Shown: piece after piece, positions 36,543 to 48,796 of the stretch
Numbering within the stretch: position 1 is the first letter of the stretch
Layout of the letters: each line of letters begins with the position of its first letter
From: Squalus acanthias
Lineage: Eukaryota
Length of the DNA: 64,000 nucleotides
Direction of reading: 5' to 3'
Assembly (NCBI GenBank): GCA_030390025.1
Contig: CM059432.1
Span: forward strand, 73,720,001 to 73,784,000
The notes under the pieces: generated by a model
Database searches by the model: none
What the model was told of the DNA's origin: nothing
The model's input: the letters and a program-made list of their open reading frames with translations, nothing else
Translations under genes and position numbers: made by a program

Positions 36543-39046
36543 TTTACTTCTTTTCTGGCCATGTGACATTATACCAGCTGTGAACTGTATAACACAATAC
36601 AACACCAAATGGATAATGAGTAAGTCAAACGACATTGCCTGAAAGTGTTTTTCATTCAGTTCCATTAGTTTTTGAATAGTGTATCTTACTTTGAAGGTTG
36701 TAGAAGTTGGAATAATTCATCAGCTGGTAAATGAACTAGAAATTCATCACCATGCTAATGTTTCTGTTTACCCAAGTACAGGTTATATAAAAGGGTTGTT
36801 ATGAATCCTCCAATTACTGATGGCAGTTGAAATGTTGATTCTTTAAATTACTGAGTGAAATATTTTTCTTCAATGCAAAGTATTTTCCCTCTTACAGATT
36901 CATTAGTCAACCAACCTATGTTCCAGTTTTTTTATGTAGTAACATTTTTATGAGCTTCAATTTCTTGTGTGCTGTTTTATGATTTGTGAATTCGCTTTTC
37001 TAAATTACAGCATTCTTTCTCATCATTGATGAGTTTGTGGTGATGTTGTTTATCAAAGTCATGTTTTGTAAATGCTTTTTGAGTGCTCCCTAACAGGTGT
37101 GTAATTCATTTCCTGAACACTATATGCTGAGTATAGGCACTGCCTCTTGCCACCAACCCATTCTGATGAGGCAGTCTGTAAATTTGCTATTCTGCCTGGA
37201 ACTGAGCCACTAAGCTACATAGAACAGGAACACTGAGGTTCAATCCCTAAATTAGATTATCTCAGTTCGGGTGACAATAAGTGAACCACAATATAGGGTA
37301 TGGTAGCGTAGTAGTTATATTACTGCAGTAGTAATCCAGAGGCCAGAGGCCTGGACTAATAATCCAGAGGAGGTGAGTTACCAGGGCAATTCGAGAATTT
37401 GAAAGCAATTTAAAAAAAACTTGGAAATTAAAAGCTGGTACCATTAAAATTAACCATGAAGCTGTTGGATTGTCGTAAAAACCCAACTCGTTTACTAATG
37501 TCCCTTAGCCAAGGAAACCTGCGATCCTTACCCAGTCTGGCCTATATTTGACTCCAGTCCCACACCAACATAGTTGACACGTATATGGCCACTCAGTGAC
37601 CACTAGAAAGAAACAAACAAATAAAACTGAATGGACCACTTGGCTGTGACCTAGGCATCGAATCAGGACATGAAAAAGGCACACCCAGCCTAGTTGACCC
37701 TCAAAGTCCTCCTCAATAATATCCAAGGCCTGCTGCCAAAGCTGGGAGAGCTGTCTAACAGACTAGTCAAGCAGCAGCCTGACATAGTCATACTTACAGA
37801 ATCAGACCTATCAGCCAACATCCAAGACTCCTCAATCACCATCCCAGAGTATGTGCTGTACCACCAGGCAGGCCAGACCCAACAGAGGTGGGGCACAGTA
37901 ATATACAGTCAGGGGGAAGTGGCCCTGGTTGTCCTCAATGTAGATTCCAGACCCCATGAAGTTTCATGGCTTCAGGGCAAACATGGCCAAGGAAATGTCC
38001 TCCTGATTAGCACCTACCACCCTCCCTAAGCTGATGAATCCTCCATGTTGAACACTACTTGGAGGAATCACTGAGTGTAGCAAGGGCACAGAATGTAGTC
38101 TTAGTGAGGGACTTCAATGTCCATCACCAAGAATGGCTCAATAGAACTACCACAGACCAAGCTGGCCGAGTCCTGAATGATATAGCTGCCAGACTGGTGG
38201 TGAGAGAACCAAAACAAAGGAATAACCGACTTGATCTCTTCCTCATCAAATCTACCTGTCACAGATACATCTGTCCATCACAGCATTGGTAGGAATGATC
38301 ACCGCATAGTCCTCGTGGAGGCCAAGTCCCATCTTTACACTGAGGTCAACCTCCACCGTGTGACACCTACACCATGCTAAATTGGATAGATTAAGGACAG
38401 ATCTTGCAGCTCAAACCTCAGCATCCATGAGGCACTATGGGCCACCAGAAGCAGCAGAATTGTATTCCACCACAATCTGTAACCTCATGACCCGGCATAT
38501 CTCTTACTCCTCCGTCACCATTAAGCCAGATGACCAATAATGAGGAGTATAGATGAGCATGCCAAGAGAAGCACCAGGTGTTCCTGAAAATGAGGTGCCA
38601 ACCTGGTGAAGCTACAACACAGGACTACTTGCACACTAAACAGTGGAAGCAGCATATTATAGACAGAGCTAAGCGATCCCACAACCAACGGATCAGATCA
38701 AAGCTCTGTAGTCCTGCCACATTCAGTCATGAATGGCGGTGAACAATTAAGCAACTAATGGGAGGAGGAGGCACCATGAACATCCCCATCCTCAATGGTG
38801 GTGGAGTCCAGCACGTGAGTGCAAAAGACAAGGCTGAAATGTTCGCAACCATCTTTAGCCGTAAGTGCCGAGTGGATAATCCTTCTCTGCCTATTCCTGA
38901 GGTCCCCACCATCACAGAGACCAGTCTTCAACCAATTTGATTCACTCCACGTGACATCAAGAAACAGCTGAGTACACTGGACACAGGCTATGAGCCCCAA
39001 CAATATCCTGGCTGTAGTGCTGAAGACCCGTGCTTCAGAACTAGAT

Positions 39047-41303
39047 GGCCTAGAAATTCGGGGGTTTAGCGCAGGCTGTTAAGGCCCTTTTTGAAGAAAA
39101 AATGGTGGCCAACTCGCTTTCCGCGGCTGCCGCCATTTTCAGCAGGTGGGAAGTGCTGCCGTTGCCTGCACTCGCTGCAGAAATGGAAATGAGCCAGAAC
39201 ATGACGTCAATGAGTGTGCAACGCTCACTTGACGCACAATCTGCCATTTTCACCATCACTGCTCCACTTACCACCCTCTCTTAATCACGACAAGCTGACC
39301 AAGCGTTCAGCATCAGGAAGGAGCTCCCAGGAGGGCAATTTAAAGGGATCATCATCAACAACAACTTGCAGTTGACATGGTTTCTCAGTTTGACTGGCTC
39401 TGTGTAACTTTCTGCAACTCTTGTAGCTTTCTAAACTTGCTTAAAGTTCCTGAGGTGACAGGGAGCATTGGTGCAAGTGGAGTACAACTTGATTCTCATT
39501 TAAAGGCTTCTGCTCACAACACTTGCTCACAGTCATGGGGGCTCTACTGGCAGACCTCCTCGCGCTTGAGTATCTTCGGGAGAGGGAGCTGAGGCAGCGA
39601 AGAAGAGGAGAAGATGCTCGCAGAGGAAGGAGGAGGAGGGTCAGGAGGGCTCTCAACAGGAGGCCTTTCCCACCTAGGGTCTTCAGAGAGCACTTCTCTT
39701 ACCTCCACTAAGCGAGGAGCAGTGTATTAGGAGGCTCCACTTCACCAAGGTGATCGTCACAGAACTCTACCACCTCTGGAACCAGTCCTGCAGCCTCAGA
39801 GCAGGGTGACCACGGCTCTCCCAGTGACCATCAAGGTCACCGTGGCCCTCAAATTCTTTGCCAGTGGATCCTTCCAGTCTGCAGCAAGAGACATAGCTAA
39901 CATCTCACAGTTCGCTGTCCATCACTACATCCGGGAGGTCACAGAGGCTCTCTACTCCAGGAGAAGGGACTACATTGTCTTCTCTCTGAAAAGAGAGAAG
40001 CAGGATGAGCATGCATCTGGCTTTGCCAGGATAGTGGGCAACCCCATAGTGCAGGGCACCATTGACTGCACCCACATGGCTTTGCGGGCACAGTATACCA
40101 ATCCTGAGATGTTCCATAACTGCAAAGGCTACCACTCATTTAATGTGCAGTTGTTGTGCGCCAATGTCCAGTGCATCATGACGGTGAATGCTCGCTATCC
40201 TGGCAGCAGTCATGATGCCTTCATCCTACACAGTATGGTATGCCAGCAATCTTCCAGCCACCATGTCAAACCCAAGGATGGCTGATAGGACACAAGGTCT
40301 ATCCACTCTACACCTGGCTGATGACTCCCCTCCGCAACCCCACCACTCGTGCCCAGCACTCATATAAGGACAGCCATGCTGCCACCAGGAACATCATCGA
40401 GCAGACTATTGGGGTGCTAAAGCAACGGTTCCGCTGCCTTGACCGCTCTGGAGGAACCCTCCAATACTTGCTGGAACGGGTGTCCTATTTCGTGGTGGTC
40501 TGCTGCATGCTTCACCACTTGGCCATCATAAGGGCGCAGCCCTTGTCACCAGGGATTGCGGGATGACGGAGGAGGAGGGAGAGGAGGAGGAAGAGGAGGG
40601 AGGGAGGAGCCAGGCAGTCAATCCCCATTCTGGATGGGTTGTCCGTGAGCGCCTCATCAGACTTCGGTTCCAATGAATGAAACCCCAGATCCCCGTTGCT
40701 CACCACATCCCCATCATACCATCCCTCTGTCACGAACATCACAGCGTCCTCCTGGGCACAAAGCTGAAATGAGAAACACCACAAAACACACATTCCAAAC
40801 AAAACTCATAAATTTATCCAAATCCAATCAATCAACTAATCGCCCTTGTGCATTCCTTAGTGCCTGTCGTTCGTGTGCTGCAGTATGGCTGGTGGAAGGC
40901 TGCTGACTTTCAGTGGGGTAGACTATAGGTTCCCTTGCAGAATGACCTTGACCAGCTGTGGACCTAGAAGGCCCGGGTGTAGATTGCATCACCTCGGCTT
41001 GGCGGCAGCAGTCTGGGCTGGCTGGCTGATAGGCAGCGGCAAGGGCACTGGTGGAGTGGCGGTGGTGGGAGTAGGAATGGTGTCATCCTGAGAGAGGACA
41101 GCAGGTTCTTGCTCCACAGACCCACTGCCACTAAGATGAGGAAAGACGGCAGAAGGCTCGAGTGGAGCATAGACACCGGCATGAACTGGTTGAGCCGAAT
41201 GGCCTGTTTCTGTGCCGTATATCCTAGTAATCCTATGTAAACCTATGTAAATAGCGCTGGCCTGTGGCACCGCCCATTTTCGGGCCTAATCCAATTTTTG
41301 CCC
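39047..41303 (+). mobile_element. Harbinger derivative: transposase kept, Myb mostly deleted
   Basis: TIR ggcctagaaattcg / ccaatttttgccc. Host LINE resumes immediately afterwards. Confidence 0.88.
39535..40566 (+). pseudogene. Harbinger transposase, frameshifted
   Basis: KVTVALKFFASGSFQ, GTIDCTH, IGHKVY (D>H), NIIEQTIGVLKQRFRCLDRSGG. Confidence 0.93.
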
Positions 41304-42590
41304 GCCATGTCCCAAGCTAAGCTGTTCCAATACAGCTACAATTACCTAACAATGTGGAAAAATGTCCAAGTATGTCCTGACCACAAAAAGCAAGACAAAT
41401 CAACCTGGTCAATTACCAACCCATCAACCTACTCCCAATCATCAGCAAAATGATGGAAGGAATCATCAATAGAGCTATCAAGCGACACTTACTCACCAAT
41501 AACCTGCTCATCAATGCTCAGTTTGAGTTCCGTCAGGACTACTCGGCTCCAGACCTCATTACAGCCTTGGTCCAAACATAAACACAAGACCTGAATTCTA
41601 GAGTTGAGAGTGACTGCCCTTGACATCAAAGCATCTTTTGACCAAGCATGGCACCAAAGAGCCCTAGTAAAACTAAAGTCAATGGGAAGCAGTGTGGTAA
41701 AATGATTTATTCAATCATTGTAAATCATTGCTTCTCATAATAAAGTTAAATAGCATATCCTCGGACTTAGCATAAGCTCCGGAGGTCTGATAATATACAC
41801 ATATATGCACATTGAAATCAATAGAAAGGAAAATCAGGCAAAGTGTATAACAGACAGGCAATTTGCTCCCACCATTTTGCGCCCTTGCCATAGATTTCAC
41901 CCTCCAGAATATTGCGCTAAGCAGTAAAATAGTAGCCAAATGAAAATGAAGGTCAAGAATAACCTGATACACCATTGTGGAGAAAGACATCTTAGAACCT
42001 GACATCACCTGGGAAGTGGCACAGCAACTAGCCAAAAATAATGGAGTGAAAGAGGCTGCCGTGGGCACTACAAGCCCCACAGAGAGACAGATAATAATTA
42101 CTTTTCTTGAGCATTGATTCCACATATCCACTATTCTGCAAGAAAAAAATCCTTCTGATTTCAAGTCTTGTTTGAGGTTTATTAATTTTATTCCTGCTTT
42201 GGGGGAAACGCAACATAAAGTCGGCAGGGTGGACTTTGCACTGCCACTAACCTAAGTGAATTTTCCAGGGTCAACTTCTTTTGAGTAATTCTGACAGGTG
42301 ACTCTCAAATTTTACTATTTGACCATAGGAGACCCAGGTAAGTTAGATTTTTTTTACCTTTTAAAGGTTCCTTGTGCTCCTCTTGGCTCCACAAGGATAT
42401 CTTGTGCCTCCCTTGCCCCAGGTTTCCTTCCCCCATGATCACAAACTTCCCAGACATCCCCCCCCCCACCCCCCAGCTCCCCATTCCTGACTTCCCTTGC
42501 CGGGGACCTTGGTGGCCTGCAACCCCCACCCCACCCCACCCCCGCCCACACCTGTGAATTTCAACTCCCACCCAACAATGGTGATACAAT

Positions 42591-42633
42591 TCACCTGAGG
42601 AAGGAGCAAATCGATAGCTCCGAAAGCTTGTGA
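42591..42633 (+). ncRNA. Minimal type I hammerhead ribozyme, core intact
   Basis: tcac-CTGAGGA-a-GGAGC-aaatcgata-GCTCC-GAA-AGCT-T-gtga: stem I TCAC/GTGA, 5-bp stem II, palindromic stem III. Confidence 0.8.
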
Positions 42634-42723
42634 TTTCAAATAAAACTGTTGGACTATAACCTGGTGTTGTGCGACCTCTCAATTTTGTCCACCCCAGTCC
42701 AACACCGGCATCTCCGCATCATG
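42591..42723 (+). mobile_element. Second Penelope-type terminal repeat family (short copy)
   Basis: Hammerhead core, AATAAA, then ctgttggactataacctggtgttg...ccagtccaac. Family assignment is inferred from the motif layout. Confidence 0.6.
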
Positions 42724-45328
42724 CAATTCTCACCAGATTTGGGCGAGAGTCAGTATCAGAGCATGTTAATGAGGCCTGGGATTTTAAATCTCCCAGGCCT
42801 CAGGCTCTGGTGAGCTAGATGGATCACGGCCTGCTTTGGATCTTGCACCCGAGTCCTGGTCGGAGTTAAAATCAGGGCTTTAGTTTAACTAACAAGGGGC
42901 AGATTTCTTCTGTTTGCTATCTGGGGCAAAATCACAAGCACATTTATCAAGAACATATTTACGATTTTACTACAAATCGCACCTTTTTATGTTGCTTTTA
43001 AGTGTGTTATAGGGAGACAAGGCAACTGGCATCATGGAAGATGGGCTAACAGAAAATCAGGAACAGGTGAGGTGGACCATCCTAATAGATAAGGACCCCT
43101 CAGAGAAAAGATCAAAGTAATCCTGCAACCCTTCCTGACAGTGGGCAGTGAGTAACTGGAGCGTTTCTTAGATGCTCCAGTTAGATTATGGGGAGCCGGC
43201 CTCATTTGCATTAAAAATGAGCCTAACACACATTCACTGTAAAGGTTCTACACTCCAGCTGCACAGTTGGTGCACATTATGTATAAGCCTCTGTGCCTGA
43301 TAATGCAGGGACCCCCGTATCTGAACCACAGTAGTGCTTTGGGCTCCAAGAATGCCATTATTGACTCCTATGAGTTCCTTGTTTTAGTTGGAGCATTGGG
43401 GGAGCTGCCAAGTGCTTTTGTATTGGGTAGATTATAAATTAAGTTGATAAGTCGCCCTGAGCAACTCTCATGCATCTTTCGAAGACCAAAGGGTCGAATC
43501 TACCATCAGTGAAGTAGTATTACAAATGTGATCCTATCAAATTCCTGGCTCCACTATTTTAATGGAGGCATTAACCCATTTATTTTAAAAAAGCAAAGGG
43601 AGAAATGTAATACAAATGCATTAGGTGCTGGTATGAAAACATCACCAATAGTAATTTCTACCCTTGAATTAATGGATACCCGACAACAATACATGTGCTC
43701 TCTGTTGTGAAAAGATGCCTGAAATGGAGGTAGTTAGTGTCTAGCTACAAAGCAGCGAGAAACAATAGCTAAAATGTTTTTTTTAAGAATGCAATATTGA
43801 AATGTACAGCCTTGATAGTCTCTGTTATAGCATTGACATTTTCTGCTTATGGCATTGAAATAAATTACAACCTGTTATGAATGTGCTGCTGTATAGTTTT
43901 TTTCACTGTTATTACCAGCTAATTATCGTCATTTGCACTGCTTACCTTAATTCTCTATAAAGCCTACAACAAGGTGCATGTGATAGTTTTCCATGCAAGG
44001 TTCAACAGATCTGCTTCTAAATCAAGTCAGATAGCTACATTTCATGGTTCTGTAGTATTTAAAGTCTTTGTTATTTTAATATTTACAAAGCAGTCAGGTG
44101 CTGCACTGTGTAATCTTCACTCTGTATGTTATTAAGTCCTCACAATTCTTTGAATAAAGGTTTAGCTCTTCCATGCACAAACATATTGTGCCATTGTTGT
44201 TCCCATACTGGTTTCTAATATTCTAATATATAGAATTAAGATTTTCTGTATATTTTCCTTGAAAAAGCCACTATAATTACTGACCAAAAGTATTGATACT
44301 AATGGCAAATACAATTGACAAGATTAACCCTTTGCGTGCGGATCGGAGACATTTATTTAATTACACAATGTCAGATAGAATTAATGATATACCAGAGTAC
44401 TACAATCTACTTGATGTAATCTCACAGCTACACAATGTAACTAATGTCATCATTATTATGTGCTATGATTGATGAAATCAGAAGAAACTGTATCCAAAAC
44501 TCTCACAATTGCATTAAGAATCTGACATAAACACACAAGAGATAATCCCATAGTAGAGAATGCCAAATCTGTGCAACTATATAGCATTTCAGAATGAAAA
44601 GCTAAAAGACATTTTATACACCTAATCACAATATGTCAGCAATGTCATAATTGAACCTTTTTTTTTTGCCTGGCTGATTTTTTTTTCTGATGTAATAATA
44701 GTTTCTATTGTAAAAAAAAATCATAGTTGACGACAGATTAGAAATTAACAGGATAATGAGAAACCACTGCATAAAGCCAGCTCAAGACATACTGTGGTAC
44801 AATGCAGAATGGATGACAGGCCTGTCATATTACAATTTAATACTTAATATTATTCACTAGAAGTCAAACAATGATTGCATTCTTTCTGGTAATTCTGATG
44901 CAGCCTGTAAAGTATGTGATATGCTGTAATGATAAAGTAAGAATCTAATTCATGGAGACGAATTGTGGGTTATAAATGCTGTGCTTGCTTGGTGTATGGA
45001 TTTTTAAAATAAGTAATAAACCTTCATCATTTGCTATTTCCTTAGAAAATGGACAATGATTTTAAATGAATGGCTCTGCAGTAGCATGATGGCACATTCA
45101 TAAATCTAACAAATAGGTAGTCTGCTGTATCACACCTGTTGACTAATATGTTAACCTTTTCAAAACCAAGCAATTGGAAGCCACAGTTCTTCTAGGGATA
45201 CACATAAGAAAAAGCAAAATATATGCAGTTCTAAAATTATGACAGCAGGTACACGACGTGCAAAGCCTCTATATCATTCAGCTTGATGGCAGTCATAGAG
45301 TCCATCATCATTTTTAAGTACATAACAT

Positions 45329-45533
45329 GGATAATTTTCCGACATCATGCCCCCCCGCACCCCCAGCAAGTTAGAGAGCCATGTCCCCTGACAGCACGGA
45401 TCATGAATTCAAGCAGATATTGCCCACAGTTTTGCATCCATTTAAATTAATGGTCAGAAAATTGTAGGCTGCCGATATGTGTTTTTAGCGGGCAAGAACC
45501 CCCGCTAGAAGAACAACGTTGGAAAATTACCCC
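45329..45533. mobile_element. Short MITE
   Basis: TIR ggataattttccgac / gttggaaaattacccc. A similar mini-element lies at ~61080-61200. Confidence 0.55.
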
Positions 45534-46429
45534 TTATATGTTTATTGTGACTCTATTTTTAATGTATTTTTTCCCTTCACATTATTCACTTGGGCCTTCT
45601 CCAAGCAGCACAGATCTATTGAAAAGTCACAATGGGGCAGTCACACGTGCGAAACAGGAATGATCAACAAATGGAATCAATTTCAATTGTCAGTGCAATG
45701 CCATTTCCGAAAATAACATAATGTTGAGTGTTGTTAGTGAAAAGAGCCCAAGTCTTTAAGATTTCTTTCTTTTTATTTGGACCAAAGGTTGTTCTTTCAC
45801 GTGCAAATTGTTGTAGCATATTTGAAGTACCATCTTTCAAAATGTGATTTAAACTGATTTTGCCACACTTCCAAGGATAGTCTTTTGAAATCAGTAAGGA
45901 TAACCCAATAAATGTGTACATTTACAGATCACCAATAGATGTCCTAGCACCTCAGACGTCTGTAGAATTGCAACCTCCAACGTATGATGAAATAAGATGG
46001 CATCTTTGTCCACCCAGACAATATTAAACCAATATGAGTCATCACTTAGATAAATCACTAGCAATCCTATCCACTGAAATGTCGCTTCCTTTTTAATATT
46101 GGCAGAAGCATAAATGCTCAAAATTAAAATAATATCAGACATATACCACCTATCCTCCATGTCACCTCTTAAAAGTCATAAATGCAAATTTACAGACAAC
46201 GCCTATCTGTCCACACAGATGAGAATTGGGTGAGGGAGGGAAGTGGCAAAAACCTAACCAAATGACAATGAAATAAAGCAGAGTCTTTCTCATGTAGTTT
46301 TTAAACAATTTGAAAGCACCGTGCATAATGTCTATGTTAAGCAGCTTGCTAATGTCAATTTGTAAAATTAGTGATATATGTGAGTGGAAATTGGCAGATG
46401 ATTAAGAATCTTGATCCAAACATGAATGC

Positions 46430-46645
46430 TAGAGGAGAGGTAAGAATATATGCCCTCAACCTCAAGTCATAATTTAACCAAGGCATTAAGGAGCCCCAGC
46501 AAAACAGAGGGCAATGGGGGAAGCCAATCACCATAGACCCAGAACTTCACTAAAGGGCAGCATCCTTGGCCCAACTATCTTCAACTGCTTCATCAATGTC
46601 CTTCCTTCAATCATCAGGTCAGGAGTGAGATTTTTTACCACCAAT
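46430..46645 (+). mobile_element. RT fragment of the same LINE family as 37296-41690
   Basis: KGSILGPTIFNCFINVLPSIIRS (RT motif). Confidence 0.7.
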
Positions 46646-46656
46646 ATAGACCCGAT

Positions 46657-47630
46657 GGCCCCAATTTTAACCCCACCCCCACCCCCACCCACCCACTGTG
46701 GGAATGATGCATGGGAGGGATTAAAATTTAAAAATTCTAGCTTCCAGCTCTAACCTGCCACCTTCCCGGCCATTTAAATTTTTACTGCCCCAAATCAGGC
46801 CATGGACGAGGCTCCCGCAAAAGGCAGGTGGGAGCCTAGTTAACGTTCAAAAGTCAGGGCCCAAAGGCATCATCGGCGCCTTGACATAGAATTAACTGAA
46901 CATCAGGGGGAGTCCCGCACTGTCAGCTGCCTGGCAGCAGAACCAATGCGGGAGACGCTGACTGGCCAAGGTAAGTATTAAAGATCTGCTCCTTTTAGAA
47001 CTTTTTATGGGCCAAGAGGAGCAGGAGTGCTCCCCCAGGACCCTTAAGGAGTTTTTGGGCCTTCCCAGCACCAGCCGCTCCCTCAATCGCACTGGAACAC
47101 CCGATCCCTGATCTTCTGCAAAGCACTTTTTCCTCTGACTGCCGTGGGCCATCCTCATTAGATCCAAAGCTTTCAGGCGTGAAATTAGGAAACACTTCTA
47201 CACACAAAGGGTGGTAGAAGTTTGGAACTCTCTTCTGCAAGGGGCAATTGATGCTAGATCAATTGTTAATTTTAAATCTGAGATTGATAGACTTTTGTTA
47301 ACCAAAGGTATTAAGTGATATGGGCCAAAGGCGAGTATATGGAGTTAGGTCGCAGATCAGCCATGATCTCATTGAATGGTGGAACAGGTTCGAGGGGCTC
47401 AATGGCCTACTCCTGTTCCCATGTTCCATGGGTCCCCAGCTGCGGCCTCCTGCCACTAAATTTCTATTCCCGCCCACCTGCCAGGTGGTCAATCTGGCCG
47501 GGTGTCAGGCGGGAGTCTGCGAAGAGTTATTTAAAATCGATAGGGCCTCTACGTCCCCAGCTTTGCCGGGTTCATCGCCCGCTACCAGGCTCCCTCACAC
47601 CCTTCTCACCCTCCCGTTAATATCGAGCCC
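46657..47630. mobile_element. Harbinger-type MITE containing a CR1 3' end (~47165-47430, +)
   Basis: TIR ggccccaattttaac / gttaatatcgagccc. A related partial element ends at ~42878. Confidence 0.65.
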
Positions 47631-48796
47631 TTATCTTCACTCATTTACAGCTCAAACAACAGATGACTAACTGAGATTTTTTTTTGAACTTTAGTAGTAA
47701 AAAAACAGCTTCCATATTAACTCTAGATATTTTAAAGCCATATGACATAAACCTGGAAATTTTAACTGTTTTTTGCAAGACAAAAGCGTCGCTATTGTCT
47801 CAGTTAGTAGTAAGCCCAAAGCCCAAAGAGGCACGTAAAGATTACTAAGTCTAAATGTTTGCATAATGTTTACAAATGCACCTGCCAGGCTACACCTGCT
47901 AAGAACAATAATACAGAAATCACTGCCACATGCCCCACAATTTTCCCTCCATAGTAAATGGAAAATCATGGGAAGCATATCTGTAATTTCCCACATTCAG
48001 AAATGTACTGTACACATAAAATTCAGATCTGACTTCAAATGGACTGCCACAAGAGTACTGTTCTATCTCCCCACCAGACTACCAGGATAAGTCGATATGG
48101 ATATATGACCATAACATCAGCTCTTCTCTTCCTACTAAATTATTAAAAAGTTGGACTTGTGTACAAGGCCACATCTCCCTCCCTACTGGAATAATAGGAA
48201 CTAAATTTGCTTCATTCAACCAGCAGCAAACGGAAAAAAAAACCACTGGTTATCAAGAGATAGCAGCCATTTAGTATCTAGGCACTGTGAGGAGAAGTAG
48301 CAGGGGAACTTGTATTGGATATGGAAAGTACCAGCATGAATGTATCGAGGGTACTTTTCCAGAACCATGTTTTTAATAAAGGGACAAGGCATTCAGACCT
48401 AACCTGTGGATAATCTTACAAAAGGCAAAATACTGCAGATACTGGATATCTGAAATATAAACAGAAAATGCTGGAAATACTCAGCAGGTCAGGCAGCATC
48501 TGTGGAGAGAGAAACAAAGTTAACGGCCGCGATTTTCCCATTGGTGGTGGGTTGGGCACGGGTCAGGTGGTCGATGGGTTCCGGTCCCGCCACTGCTTTC
48601 AGCCGGTAAAAATTTGCAATTTTCCCTTAATTGGGCAATTGAGTCCCTGCGTGCGCGCTCCCCTGGCCAATTAGTGGTTTGGGTCTGCAACTCGCCTCTG
48701 CTGACATCTGTGAGGCAGCTGCATTTAAGGGGCCCATGCAGCCTTGTTTCATTCTCTCATTATTTGATGGTGGATTTCGCTCTAACAACTGCTGCC

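Larger units (their letters stand above)
37296..41690 (+). mobile_element. CR1/L2-group LINE with tRNA-like 5' head, APE and partial RT; split by Harbinger 39047-41303; 3' truncated
   Basis: NIQGL..PDIVILTES and RDFNVHH endonuclease motifs. After the insertion, WK..V.P.HKK, NY.PI.LL, QF.FR and ALDIKA.FD motifs. Confidence 0.85.

Noticed and set aside
45660..46200. Minus-strand ORFs 45664-45921 and 45891-46160 (also 62574-62931)
   Set aside because: No recognisable motif or splice support. May be decayed TE.
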